Below, in pieces: positions 38,893 through 53,149 of a DNA stretch of 64,000 bases (position 1 is the first letter of the stretch; every line of letters begins with the position of its first letter). The stretch is taken from assembly GCA_951406725.2 (NCBI GenBank), contig OX597819.1, forward strand, positions 61,876,001 through 61,940,000. The letters run 5' to 3'. This DNA is from Octopus vulgaris (Eukaryota). Position numbers and translations under genes: made by a program. The notes below the pieces were generated by a model. It ran no database searches. It was not told the DNA's origin and was given only the letters and a program-made list of their open reading frames with translations.

Positions 38893-39375
38893 TCATCTAT
38901 CACCCCCATTCCTTCTATCTGACACTCCTTTACCCTACCGTCTTTTTACACTCTAACATATTTCTCTCTATATCACCCTCATCTCCCCATTCCTACTTTC
39001 AAGTTATCTTGACAGACCACTAACTAGTACACTTTCCCTGATTTCATTTCTATTATCTCTCTCCTTGTTTTCTTTTTTCCCTCTTTTCTTTATTCCTCTC
39101 TTCCTGTTTTCGAGTTGACCTTACAAATACATTCCCTACTTTTAGGTAATTTTAAATAAAATCCTCGATGCAATAGCACTGTGTACAAAACTCTATACTT
39201 GGAATGACCAATTTTAAATACTATTAGAATTTACTCACAAGGTATTGGAATCTTATATGTATACCATTCTGCCTAAATAATGAATCTACAAATGCAATAT
39301 CTCTGCATATCTCACGTCTATTTTCATTCCTCCACTTCACTCTCTATTTCATATCTTATCTAAAATAACTATTGC

Positions 39376-41254
39376 TTGACCATTTACGCGAATTACCGAA
39401 CGGATGCCTCTGTACAAAGCGGCTATCCAGCCGCGGAAGACGGGACCGAAGCCAGCCACTCTGAGGACTGCCTCCAAGTATCGATGGTCTACCCTATCTA
39501 AAGCTTTCGATTGATCCAAATTGATCAGCGCCCCACCCATGCCAAGTTCGTTAACTACCCTGTCTATGATGTAGCGCATCAGGTGGAGGTTGTCATGGAT
39601 GGTCCGGCCCGGCACAGCGCACGTTTGTGCCTTGTCGACCAGTTTCTCGATGACAAGCGCCAACCTCTTGACCAAAATTTTCAAGTCTGCATTAAGCAGA
39701 GTGATGGGCCTAAAGTTATCTATTACATTTCCCTTGTTTAGATCTTTCTTCAGCAGTGTTACGGCTCCTCGGCTCACAAAACCAGGAATGCTCCCGTCTT
39801 TCTGCCAGTTGCAGTACACCGCTGACAAGACGTCTCCAAACAAGTCTGGCATACAACTGTAAAGCTCGTAGGGTAGACCATCCAAACCCGGCGATTTATC
39901 CCTCGAGCATTCTGCCATCGCGTCCTGCACTTCCGCCGCCGTAATGGCACCATCGCAGCACCCTGCCTCTCTTGTCGAGAGTCATGGTAGGCTGTGTAGG
40001 TAGGCACTGAAGTCCACCCTACGTTCTTGCACGCCACTCGTCCCGAACAGTCGGGCAAAATGCTTTTGAAAGGCCTCACACATTTTACTTGGCTCGATCA
40101 ATTCGCGCCCCTGTTCATCTACCAGAGACCGAATGGTGGCTTTGTTGCCCTGTTGCGCCTCTGCCACTCGGGCTTCTCTCGCGGCTCCAACACCTTCGTT
40201 CCTTAGAGCACGCATCCTAGCTCTGACAGCACACCCTTCGTGTTTGGCGTTGAAGTGATGGTCGAGGGCCAACCTCGCCACCAAAACGTCGGATGCGATG
40301 CCGCTTCTAATTGCCTCTTCTAGCTTCTTAACTAGCTCACCCTCTACTCTATTTCTATCTATGGCTAGTGCTTTGCTGTACCTAATCGCTTCTGCTTTTA
40401 CTGCTCTCTTGAGGGCAAACCACCATTTGTTGTTGATGATGGCTTCCGTCAAAGCCCTCTTTACTAGTGTGCTAATCCGGTCTCTGAAAACCTGTCTCGA
40501 TGGGAAAGACGCGTTTAGTTTCCAGTATCCGGGACCCTGCCTGAGTGTCTTACCTAAGTCTAGCGTACATGTCACAAGTTTGTGATCCGTGTAGCTGACT
40601 ATGTGGAATTGTGGACATCCTATGCTATCTCTATCTACTGTCCTACACAGTATCCTATCTAGATACGATCTCGACGACCCGATGCGGTTGCTCTATGTCC
40701 ACGTTGGCGCATTCGGGTGGTTTAGTCGGAACCTGTCAGACAGTTGAAAGCGTCTGAGCAGGTCTCTGAGGCATTTGCATGCCCGTCTATTCCTATCTCT
40801 ACCCACGTAGTCTACATGCGTGTCCAAGGTAGCATTCCAATCCCCCACTAAGGACGAGACGTTCCCAAGAATACTTCTAGACGTTGAAAGAAATCCGCCC
40901 GACCTGTTAAGTGTGGTGCGTAGACTGATACGAGTCGAAAAGCGCACCCATTGCTGCCGTCGACATCCAGGACGACCAGTCTACCCTCCGGGTCTACGAA
41001 TATTGTCTTTACTTTGAGATCCAGACTCTTGCGAAAAAGTACCGCGGTGCCACTACCGTCCATTCTTGGCAGACAGGGGGAAAATAAATGTTGAACTGTC
41101 CGCCAAACATGGTCTTTAGGGCCCGCGGATTGTGGAGTCTGGTCTCACTTATGGCTATGATTTCTAACTTATGTGACTTTATGTCATTTAAGAGGTACCC
41201 TTGTTTCCAAGGGGACCCCAAGCCACGCGCATTTACACAACCAATCTTGATCAT
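39376..41254 (-). pseudogene. LINE ORF2 (APE endonuclease + N-terminal RT), disrupted and truncated
   Basis: MIKIGCVNARGL, ISETR, VGDWN, SYLDRI, TDH, PGYWKLN, KSPGLDGLPYELY, NFRPITLLNADLKIL, LDQSKALDRVDH; stops at SVIRVNGQ before the QG and YADD motifs. Confidence 0.93.
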
Positions 41255-41298
41255 AATCCTAATGAATTAGAATACAAGTGAAAGGAACAGAGGGTTAC

Positions 41299-43051
41299 TT
41301 ACTGCTCGAAAGTTTTTGCTTTCTCTTCCTTTGGTTTGTCCTCGAGGAGATCACAGTACAGTTTCTTTGTGAGATATTTTTGGCATTTACCAACCGCACT
41401 GGGGAAAATGCCTTTGAGTGTGTGGTGCAGACTTTTGGAGATGTGTAATATTTTGATGTGGTCTGGTGGTGTTGTGTATGGGTGATTGTTTGTTTTTATG
41501 TCATCTTCTGTTAGGTTTGTTTTTGATTTGATGTATTCCATCAGATTTGTGTTTTTGGTGTCTATAGCTGTGAGCATGTTTGCTGTATATATTTTTGTGG
41601 TGTTGGTGTGGCTGTTGTTTGTGTTGGGTTTTGAAATGTCTTCGGGAGATGTATTTCCCCCTGCTTTGTTTGTGTTTGCATTTGGTTTGGTTGTGTTTCT
41701 GCTCTTTATTTTCCTTCTTTTTCTAGCTATTTTCCATTCCTCACTGGTTTCGTCTTCCGACGAATTTTCTGAGGAATCAGTAGGGGGTAGGGGTATGTTG
41801 TAGGCTTCTATATATGTCTGTGTAAGTGGTTATGCTGTTGTTTTCGTTGCTGTTGGTTGTTGAGTGTTTGTGTGTGGTGAGTGCGGTATAAGGGATGGGG
41901 AATCAGTTTTTGTGTATTTTCTTTGTTTTTCTGTTCCTTTGGTTCTTGCTGTTGTTGGTGGTGTTGGTATTTTCTCAGGTGTTGAGTAATTTTTGGTTGT
42001 TGACGGATTAGCTTGGTGTGCTTCTCTTGTCGTCTTCTGTGTTGATGGTGGTGTGGGTAGTAGAGCTTTTTTCCCGGAGTGTTTTGGTTGTGGTAGTGGT
42101 TGTTGTTGTTGCTCTTGGTGTGCAGTGGTTGGGCACGTCTTTTTCAAGTGTGTTTCGCATCCACACAAATAGGAACGTGGTCGCCTGCCCTCTACCACTA
42201 CATAAAGTTTGTAGCCTCCTGGCAGTTCTATAGTGGTGGGTATCTTTTCTCTTGCTGTTTCGTCCAATTGAAGAAGGAATTGGATTGATTTTCCCACATA
42301 GTCTTTCTGTCCTAGAACAGCGATTTCAAGGATGTTTGTTTCTGCCATTGTCTCTGCCATTTCAAGGGGTACATTTTTTATTTGGACTTTCGTCACTCTC
42401 TGGTTTAGATAGATTGGTATCATTACCAAGTCGTCTGAATGCAGCTCCAATGTGGAAAATCGTTTTGCTAAATTTTCGTTGAGGAAACGTACTTGGACTG
42501 TACCAAATTAATTTCCCCAACTGATATACTTCTTGGAGTCGCATGCAGGACGAAGGCATTTTTCAATTTTTTCCTGCGGTGCATTTTCTGGTCGTCTTGT
42601 TTTCATGTTTATTACTTTGTAGATTATTGTTTTTTTTGTGTGTGTGTTTTCCACGATGTGTTGTGGAATGTGAAGATGCAATTTGTCTCCTTCTTTGGTG
42701 AAGAGTGCTTTTGTGAGGTTTATTTCCTATGTGGTGAATTTTACGATTGTTCGTTTTTCTTTTGTCGCATCCGCGAAATTCGTTTTGATTTTGGCGGTGA
42801 TAGCAGCAGAAGGGTTAGTTGTAGTAATTGAAGTCGTGGTAGTGGTGTTGGTGTTGTCTTTGGTAGGCGGCTTTGTGCTGATTTCGTTGTTGTTGTTGGT
42901 GGTGGTGCTGGCATTCATGTTTTCGTCTGTATTCGTTTTTGAAATCCCTTTCTCCGTCCTTTTATCATCGACAAGTGGTGTAGGGAGTGGGAGGAAATCT
43001 AAGTTAATGTCTTTGGTCGCGGGGGTGGTGAATGGTCTTGCGACGTTAGTT

Positions 43052-43083
<32 letters not shown>

Positions 43084-43206
43084 GGTGGTGGTGGTGACAG
43101 CGGTGTTCAAGCTGCGAGGTTTAGCAGCTAGTGGTAGCAATAGTGTTTCGCTACCGTTCCACATGACTGGCGGGCTAGCCACGTGGTTTCTAGTTGCCAT
43201 TTTCAA
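41299..43206 (-). pseudogene. LINE ORF1 (gag-like), disrupted
   Basis: T/N/K/P-rich; VTKVQIKNVP; GRRPRSYLCGCETHLKKTCP is a CCHC knuckle with first Cys replaced by Ser; several stops. Confidence 0.8.
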
Positions 43207-43411
43207 AATGAAAAATGGCTAAAAGGAACCCACGAAAGTTTTTGGTAATTTCGCCCATACAGGGGCGGAATTCTACGTGAATAATTCTCAGGTTTTTTAG
43301 TGAATGAACTTGCACAACGATTAAAACAAAATATTTGACAACAAGGAGTTTTAAACATGTAAAAGTGTCCAACTTACGTGGAGCCGATTTCACTAGCGTC
43401 CGTCCATATCG

Positions 43412-43442
<31 letters not shown>

Positions 43443-43706
43443 GGATATTAATTAAAGTGTTTAATAATTAGAGTATGCAAATTAGTCATCTTAATTCTCT
43501 GGAGTTACTAGATTCGTTGAGTATATAAACGGATTAGCTACACCAATGCTGGGCACCGCATTGAAGGGTTTTGGGGAAATAAATTGATCCCAATACCTTT
43601 CTTGAGTTTGGTACTTATTCTGTCGGGCTCTTCTGCCGAATTGCTAAGTTACAGAGATGTTGTCATACACAAGATTCTCACTCACAAATACATACATCTC
43701 TCTCTT

Positions 43707-43762
<56 letters not shown>

Positions 43763-43766
<4 letters not shown>

Positions 43767-44322
43767 CAAAACGCCCCCCATCCAATAGACGGTGCTGAGT
43801 TGTCAAACATTTAAACCAAATTTTCTCAAAACAACTTGTCCGACCGTCCCATAGGCCTCCCCTTTGAAAAACACTGATTTAATCTAAATTTGAGACACCA
43901 GCACAAGAAGAAATAAAGATAGACTTTTTTTCTATTCCAAAGACAAACGATTTTATTCACACAAATATGTAACCAAAGAGTTTAAAGTACCAGTAATGAT
44001 AAGGCCGTTGACTGGGAGAACACAAACATGGTTTAAACAGTAAGCTTGGCAGGAAAGAAACGTGCCTTTAAGCAGTACAAAAACAACAAAAAAATGGAAG
44101 GTGCAGTTATGTGCAGGTTGACGGAAGAAAAGCAGGACAAAAACGGCTTTATTGATCTCATTCTCACCTGGAATCGATTTTTGTAATTTTTTCAAGACTT
44201 ATACACGCCCTGATACCGCCGGTATCTACATATCAAATTTGAGCGCAATCGGATGGAGCATGCCCAAGATCCTAGAAGACACACACACACACACACACAC
44301 AGAACGGATTTTATATAATAGA
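43763..44322 (-). mobile_element. non-autonomous Helitron-like element
   Basis: Same ends as 27879-28435 (ccatccaatagacgg hairpin; ttttatataataga). Confidence 0.65.
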
Positions 44323-44789
44323 TATCCAATTTTCTCATTCTGTTACGTTTTTATGTTCGTTAACTCCTCCTAGACTGTAGGTGCAAGGACAACGGAACTC
44401 AAACCAGCGGCTCCCCTAATCCCAGGGAATGTCTTAATGGGATCTATTTTTTCAAGGGCCACCTAATTGGGACCCCACTGACACACCTCTTTTTACTGCA
44501 TTTTAAACTAAATACATGGCATTGGCGACCAAATCGGTGCAATGACAACGAATTTCATAACATGAACTCCCAGGGGATATTGTAAGGAGGTTCAATTTCT
44601 GAAGGGCCGCTTAAATGGAGGCCCCACCACTGACCCCGCCTAACTATTTTTACTGCATTTACCTCGCTCCTACGCTTATTGATCAATGCAGAAATAAGTT
44701 TGAACATTCTAGATACCTTCACGTACATTCAGATCAAGATAAAAGAGTTATAACAGGTACGTTTCAGGTGTGCTAGTGTTATTTTATTC

Positions 44790-44993
44790 TTTTATTTCTT
44801 TCAGTCATTTGACTGCGGCCACGCTGAAGCACCGCCCTTAGTCGAACAAATCGCCCTCAGGACTTACTCTTTGTAAGCCGAGTACTTATTCTAACTTTTG
44901 CCGAACCGCTAAGTTACAAGGGCGTAAATACACGAACATCGGTTGTCAAGCGATGGTGGAGAGACAAACACACACACACACAAGCACACACGT

Positions 44994-45071
<78 letters not shown>

Positions 45072-45372
45072 GACGGGCTTCTTTCAGTTTCCGACTATCA
45101 AATCCACTCACAAGGCTTTGGTCGGCTCGAGGGTATAGCAGTGCCACGCAGTGGGACTGAACCCGGAACCATGTGCCTGGGAAGTAAGCTTCCTACCACA
45201 CGGCCACTCGCACGACGGGCTTTCACATAGTTACCGTCTACTGAATCCACACACAAGGCATTACTCACTCCTGAGTAATAGAAGACACTTGCCCAAGGTG
45301 ATACTGCTCAGTGGGACTGAACCTCAAACCCCATGGTCGCAAAGTGAGCTTCTTAACCACGCAACCGTGTCT
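44790..45372 (-). mobile_element. SINE family A copy plus a second head fragment
   Basis: Reverse complement of family A. Confidence 0.85.
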
Positions 45373-46364
45373 GTATAGCGTCATGCTATTTTATTGTTTA
45401 TTTTACAATCTCTGTCTTTTCAAAGGTGCCAAACAACTTTAGTGATTAATTAGAGAACGCATGCTGACTATTAATATTAAATTTTAATATAACTGAAATG
45501 TCATATTACATAGCAGCCTGGAGGGATTTAAATCATGCATGGACAACGTTTCTCGAGAAACGGGCCGCAAGAGACATTGCTCATCACCAGACGAGCCGCA
45601 CCACTAAAAGTATACCATTCAGAAAGTCACGTGGGTCGCAGTTTGCTAATGACTAATTTAAGCTAAAAAACATATGCAAGGGACGTAATTGCCATGCGAT
45701 AGTGTGCCATATATTCATTGGCTTCTTGGTTTAGTATTTAGGTAGCTAGTTGCGGTAAATTAACTTTATTATCTACTGAATCGAACCCTATTTAATTACT
45801 AGTATTCGTTTTATGTGGTCCGGAGAAGTTAACGCCCAGATAGAGATATTTGAACGTACGAAAAAAAAAAAAAAGTACAATGAAGGGACGTAACTGCCAT
45901 GCGTTAGTTGCTTTTTGTTTTTTTTTTAACTAGTGTTAAGATAGCTAATTAATGTGAAGAAAATCTGTTGTCTACAAATTTAATATCGATTTAATTACTG
46001 ATTTTATGAGGTCTGGAAAAGACGATGTCAATTTGGAGAGATTTGAACAACGGAAAAATATTGTAAATATGGTTAATAAGTGTCACGCGGAAATTTTTCT
46101 TTGTAAATCTTTGCTCACCGCGCAAAAAAGGTTTCCCCACCTCTGGTCAAAAATGTGTCTGGCGAGCTAGAATTCTTTAAAGTATTGCTACGTATTTGGC
46201 GAGAGTTGAACGCGGAAGGGAGGTAACTGAATTACTGCAAAGTCGTTTGTGATTGGTACGTAGTTGTGTCCCTTTACCTTCAAGAAACGTATTTGGTTTT
46301 ACTTTGATGATACCTCAAAAAGACGTGTTAAAATTCATAGAAGTTGGAGTTCCATGATCGCCGC

Positions 46365-46413
<49 letters not shown>

Positions 46414-46711
46414 ACAGACAGATAGAGATTGAGATGTAGAGTACCTCAGAGGTCGATAAAATATGCACAAGTATTAGAGTTGATTTAATTATATTTTAAC
46501 ACTTCAGATTTGGAGCCATGTACGAAAGTTATAAGAAGTAAATTTTTACAAAGAACAAAAGTCATTGAATTGTAGAAAATAAAATACGATCGACAGTTAT
46601 CTTGAATAGTTTAAAGTAGTCGACACGTGAGAGAAAATTGTAAGCAAAAAGAGAAGTCCATGAAGGAGCGGGAGTAATAGTTAAGGCAGGAGCATGTATA
46701 CTATATAATAC

Positions 46712-46744
<33 letters not shown>

Positions 46745-47493
46745 TGTATGTATGTATGTATGGGTGTGCGCGTGCGCGTGCAGATTTGTATGCTTTGCTT
46801 TATGTATGCATTTTCATGCATATAGTCCCTATGTGAAGACACATGGCTCAGTCGTTAGAGTTCGAGCTTACGATCGTGAGGTCGTGAGTTCGAATCCCGG
46901 ACCGAGCTGCATGTTGTGTTCTTGAGCAAGACACTTTATGTCATGTTGTTCCAGTTCGCTCAGCTGTAGAAATGAGTTGCGACGTCACAGGTGCCAAGTT
47001 GTATCGGCCTTTGCCTTTCCCTTGGATAATACTGGCGTGGAGAGGGTAGGCTGGTATGCATGGGCGACTGCCGGTCTTCCATAAACAACCTTGCTTGGAC
47101 TTGTGCCTGGGAGGGTAACTCTCTAGGTGCAACCCCATGGTCTGTGTCATGACCGAAGGGGTCTCAGCAGTTCCACATCTAGACACGTTCATATATATGT
47201 TTAAATAATAAATATCTGGAAAGCTGTGTGTGTATGTGTCTATGTGTATATGTATGTATGTATGTATGTTATCATCATCATTCAAAGTCCATTTTACCAT
47301 GCTTGCATGGGTCAGATGGAATTTGTTGAGGCAGCTTTTCTATGGCCAGTTGCAAAAACCGGAGCCACAAGCACACGCGCGCGCACACACACACAATAGC
47401 AACACACTATAATGAAAGGTAATATGATTGAGGTTTATTTTCGACTTGCTACTAAATTTAATATGTAAATAATTACTATAGCCCAGCGGTGTA

Positions 47494-47698
47494 CAGTAAT
47501 CCCTTGCCACATCGCGGTTTATTATTTAAGCTTTCGTCTATTCCTTCGTGGTGCTGTTTTGCATTTATAATAAAATAAGTATATACAAATTATAAATATA
47601 GTAAAATATACAGTTCAACACTGTTTCTACTTCGCGGATTTTCATCTATCGCGGGTGGGGGTTGGAACATAATTCCCACGATAGTCGAGGGATTACTG
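47494..47698. mobile_element. Tigger-like MITE
   Basis: TA-cagtaatccct ... agggattactg-CA. Confidence 0.75.
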
Positions 47699-47836
47699 CA
47701 ATCGTACTGAAATACACTTTCAACAGATTCATAACAGCCTGCCTGTCTGCGTGTGTGTATATCTCTTTTTGTGAGCGTATTTTTATGATTTTCACGATTA
47801 AGAATGATCTCCCTTGCGTTTATTACTCCATTTATG

Positions 47837-47890
47837 AAGGCGGCGAGATGGCAGAAATGTTAGCACGCTGGGCGAAATGCTTTGCGGTAT

Positions 47891-47925
<35 letters not shown>

Positions 47926-49112
47926 ATTTGGCTCAAAAGCAAATAGCAAGGCCATGTAGGGGGACATGGAGTTAAGTACAGGGTGGTGTTCATGTAAAGA
48001 GTTCAGGCCACTTGAGGTCCAGGGAGGCTTTGAACAAAGCGGTCGTCGGCATCTTCACCATCTCGTCTGGCAGCTTGTTCCACGGATCCGCAACCCGGAC
48101 GGAGAAAGCTCCTCTCCTTCGATTGAGATGAAATCGTCGCAGGTAGAGCTTTTCGGAATGACCCCGCAGCCGACGCTCCGGAGCAGGAGTGAAGAACAGC
48201 TCTTTCGAGAGGTTACACTTCCCGCTTATGATGTTGTGGGCGAGAATGAGATCACCACGGCGGCGGCGTTTTTCAAGAGAATAAAGGTCGAGCGTCCTCA
48301 GCCTTTCTTCGTAGGACAAGTTTTTGAGACCATGAACCATGCGGGTAGCCAGCCTCTGGACTCTTTCGAGATGCTGTATGTCTTTGAGGAGATAAGGAGA
48401 AGAGGCTTGAATCCCATACTCCAATATGGGTCTCACCAGCGTGACATAGAGTGGTAGGAATATGGCTGCTGTGAGCATTCCGAATGACCGTCGAATCAAA
48501 AACAGAATTCCGCGCGCTTTGTTGGCAGCATGGACGCACTGGGCCGAAGGCGAAAAGGAGGAATCCACCAAGATACCCAGGTCCTTTACCTGATCGGTCC
48601 TCTCCAGCAGCAGACGACCCGGCTCGAAATCAAGTTGAGTTGCAGGAGTAGAGCCGACAGGCAGATGACAGCACTTTGACACGTTCAGACACAGGTCCCA
48701 ATCGTTAGACCACTTCCAAATTTGGTGGAGGCATCGACGAAGATCCTCTATACTACCGTCTGCGTTACGTTGTGAGTTCAAATTCCGCCGAGGTCGACTT
48801 TGCCTTTCATCCTTTCGGGGTCGATAAATTAAGTACCAATTACGTACTGGGGTCGATGTAATCGACTTAATACCTATGTCTGTCCTTGTTTGTCCCCTCT
48901 GTGTTTAGCCCCTTGTGGGTAATAAAGAAATAGGTATTTCGTCTGCCGCTGCGTTCTGAGTTCAAATTCCGCCGAGGTCGACTTTGCCTTTCATCCTTTC
49001 GGGGTCGATAAATTAAGTACCAGTTACACACTGGGTTTGATGTAATCGACTTAATCCGTTTGTTGTCTTTGTTTGTCCCCTCTGTGTTTAGCCCCTTGTG
49101 GGTAGTAAAGAA
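47837..49112 (+). mobile_element. SINE family B with internal duplication, interrupted by CR1
   Basis: Head 47837-47890 resumes at ~48758; body duplicated at ~48933-49112. Confidence 0.85.
47891..48757 (-). mobile_element. 5'-truncated CR1-clade LINE with (TAAC)n tail
   Basis: Open frame WSNDWDLCLNVSKC..KDLGILVD..LVRPILEYG..LERVQRLATR..YEERLRTLDLYSLEKRRRRGDLI..RGH..WNKLP; (ttag)n at 47891-47924. Confidence 0.93.
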
Positions 49113-49621
49113 ATATATTACTCCATTTATTATGAACTATGGTTTGTAACATCGATACAGGACCCACAGTTTTGAATGGAGCGGGTAGTGGAATACTCCG
49201 ATCCCGTCGGTCAACTCCCAAAGGATATAGAGCAAAGTTGATCTTGGTAGTATCTGAACTCAAAACAAAGAACCGAAACAAATATTGCAAGGGCTATTTT
49301 TTCCGGCGATCTAACGGTTGATTCTGTCAGCTCACCAATAGCGTTATATCACCATAACAACATTTTTTTTTGTTTTTCGTTTTTAAAATATATTTCACCG
49401 TTATATATTTTGTACAGTTATCACAGACGATTTTCCAATTGACGCCTTATAAGATTGTTTCTTTTTGTTTGTTTTTATTTTCTCTGCTTTGTCTTGAAAT
49501 TATTTCATGGAGTTACGTTTATCTTTACTGTCATCATAACATTGTTTAGTATCAAAACTATTTGACAGTATTTATAATCTAGAATTAGAAATAAAAAATC
49601 ATTTCGATTGCCTGAGCCATC

Positions 49622-50106
<485 letters not shown>

Positions 50107-50167
50107 CGTTGATGTTACTGGAGCAAGTTTGATCAAGAAGAATGGATTGTAATTAAAACAATTCAAT

Positions 50168-50332
50168 CTCTCTATATATAAAACTGAGAATGTGTGTCTG
50201 TCTGTCTGTCATCCAACATTTTCATCAGACATCTTCATCAAACATTTTCATCAACATCTGACATTTTCATCAGGTATTTTCATGAAACATTTCTATCAAA
50301 CATTTTCATGAACCATTTTCTACAAACATTTT
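50168..50332 (+). mobile_element. Helitron-like 5' end with ~13-bp tandem repeat
   Basis: tctctatatataaaactgagaatgtgtgtctgtctg then repeated aacattttcatca. Confidence 0.5.
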
Positions 50333-51086
50333 AGGAGGCGCGCTTGCGCCCACTCCACCCCTTGCACCCGGCCCCATGGATCACAGCATAAAGATAAACA
50401 AACATTCCAATTGTTGGCTTTGATATTATAATACTGGAGCGATAGACTCGGCTAAAATTATTGAGAATGTAACATTAAATATCTTGAATAAATTATCAAC
50501 GGTGTTTCCATTTAAAGCCGGTAGATCACTTAGATATAATAGACAGCTTACCTTTAGGACCTTTAACGAACAAGAATATCAACAGATTTCGACAAAAACT
50601 TTATCTAAAAATTGCTTCTGAGGCTAATCATAAATTAGCCTTCTAAATGCTGAAAGTGGTTCATTTTTAAGGCTCAATGCATCATTACTAGTGCAGTTAA
50701 TTTAGAAAATCCAGTCAATTTCTTTATTACATAAACAGATGTTCTATGCATCACAAGAACATATTAGATAATCTAATTTGAAATATTTCCCTCGATATTT
50801 CTTGCCTCTCTTCAAATGCAGTGTTTTTCAATTAGGCCTCTATTATAATAATGCTTTATTAAAACGCGGTTTCACTTTGTAGGTTAATTATATTAGTAAC
50901 ATAGCCTATAGTAAATAGAGCTATTTATTAATTAGTTTGGACTATGTAACTTTTACTAACAGAACTCAATTATTAAAGTCTACACTGACTAAAAATTTCT
51001 TAAAAGTTCTAATTATCAAAATGTAGCTTCCTTTTGTTATTGAAGATTTCAAATACAGAAAACAAATTTGATTCACTGCAAGATAG

Positions 51087-51158
<72 letters not shown>

Positions 51159-52136
51159 GCTTTCTCTCTTTCTTTTACTCTTCATGACACTACTTTCTAT
51201 ATACATAGTGAAAATATTTCTCCAAATTATAAGTTGAATCCAGCGTCTGCCAAATCATGTTGATCCGAGTATCCGTTCATATTTGGTGGACATTTTTGAA
51301 GAAGAAAAGTGGTTGTAATTTATTTATGTCAATTGTACCAAAAATAAGCCTGCATTCATATTAACCCTGCTAGACACAATATTATGAAGTTGTCTCGAGA
51401 GCATTGTACGTTTATGTATTTTATTAGTCATGATATTGAATAAGTAAATTTGTAATTACTAGCTACGTTTCTATAACAACTACTGAACAATTTACAGTGC
51501 TCTGTTTGTTGAAGAAAATTCATAACACCCAGTTGAAGGTAATATGATAAAAGGCAATTCAACAAAGATGTTAGAAAATATATATATATATACATTGCTG
51601 TTACTGACAACTTTAAATTTTAATTATAATCATGTATCCTTTTACACGAACGCTTTCAATCGCGAGGGATTGGCATTGCTATATTCAAAAGGGCTGGGGT
51701 TAGCCAAAAGGCATTCATGCAAAAAAGAAAAAAAAGAAGGTTAATATAGGAGGTGGTGTGAGGAGGAAAGCCGAAAAGATAAAGAGAATTAAAGCTTTAA
51801 GCAAAGTCAGACTGGAAGTCAGTTGAAGAAAAAGAAAGAGGGGAAATGGTGAGAAGGGTAAAGCCAAAAGCATTTATCGTTTGCACAATACAGATCGCAC
51901 ATATACAGCCTTCATGGCAACCACATTTACGTATTGTTGTACAGACACATAACGCAAATACAAGAGCGTGGGAGTATACGCACCCATACATACTTGCATT
52001 TAAACACACAATGACATTTACACAACATAGATCAAGGAATCTTCGTAAGGGTGGAGGACACCAGAAGTGAGCACAGTAATGAGGTGAGGTAGAAGGCATA
52101 AGAAAAGAAAGAAAAGCTATGATGAAAATTTATACT

Positions 52137-52415
52137 CTTGCTTGCTTGAGACAGCATTAACCCGGGGTGGGTTGAGCTGGCTTCATTCATCCTCAATCCT
52201 ACATCTCTCACAAACGCCAACCGGGCCTGGCGATTTGAGACTAACGACCGCGTGATCTCCAACCACTCCTTATTCCAGCGGCGAACGCCGTAGACATAGG
52301 GGCCTAGGTTGAGTTCCAAATCAGCCTTGACTGTCATCAGCCAGGTTTTTTGTTGTCCACCACATCGCTTTCGCCAACCCTGAAGGGGAGCTGGGGCAAT
52401 TGCTCTATTGTACAT
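52137..52415 (-). mobile_element. RTE-type LINE 3' end
   Basis: GWRKRCGGQQKTW..VKADLE..RW; (CAAG)n tail at 52137-52148. Confidence 0.7.
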
Positions 52416-53149
52416 ACGCTCTTACATTGAAGATGAGGACATTTTTCATTGGGTTTGTCATTTTAATCATTGTGCTGGAGACGGTTAGAGTAGGGAGAAA
52501 TTTAAAAAGAAAGCCTACGACTTGGAGGAGTTTCTAAGGTTTGTTACATACATCGAGATGTTCCCGGAACTGATCCTCCACGCAACGAGCTACCATGGCC
52601 ATTTATTATTAATGTATTAGAGTGTTTCAATGCTAAGAACTATTTTACGTGGAAGGAAATATTTGATCCTATTGACCGTGGACTTGTGATTTAGAAGAAA
52701 TGTGGTTTGAGAAATGTAGGGACAAATATAGGAACGGTGGGCGGATACGAGTTGAAGGTCTAGGCAGGGTGGAACTTGGTACAAGAAATCTACTGAACAG
52801 AAGGTTACATATATTTTGTCTTCTTTTTTGAATGAGAGAGGCGAGGACTCAGGGGTAAATCACTTTTTAAAGTTATCTCTACAGAGTTTCTATAGAAATT
52901 AGAGCCAGCACTGAAATTAGAGCCATCTCTTCGTATACGAATACGACCATGTAAACACTGCGATCGAAGACAGAAAATGGGTAATGGGTGTATATGCATG
53001 TTTCATGAGTTATTGCTCTTTCTTCAGCACCACATCCCAAAACCATTAATCGTCCACGAACACATTGTGTAAATAGCAACCAGGATAAATTGATGCGGTT
53101 ATTTGTTTCAATTGTAGAAGGCTTTAAGTTACGGAGTATGGTTTACTGA

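Larger units (their letters stand above)
39376..43410 (-). mobile_element. Tx1/L1-clade non-LTR retrotransposon, 5' end present, 3' end missing
   Basis: 5' UTR ~43410-43207, ORF1 and ORF2 both present in disrupted form. Confidence 0.92.

Noticed and set aside
42683-43222. Hydrophobic 179-aa plus-strand ORF resembling a membrane protein
   Set aside because: Antisense of the Thr/Asn-rich LINE ORF1
47966-48457. 163-aa plus-strand ORF
   Set aside because: Antisense shadow of the CR1 ORF
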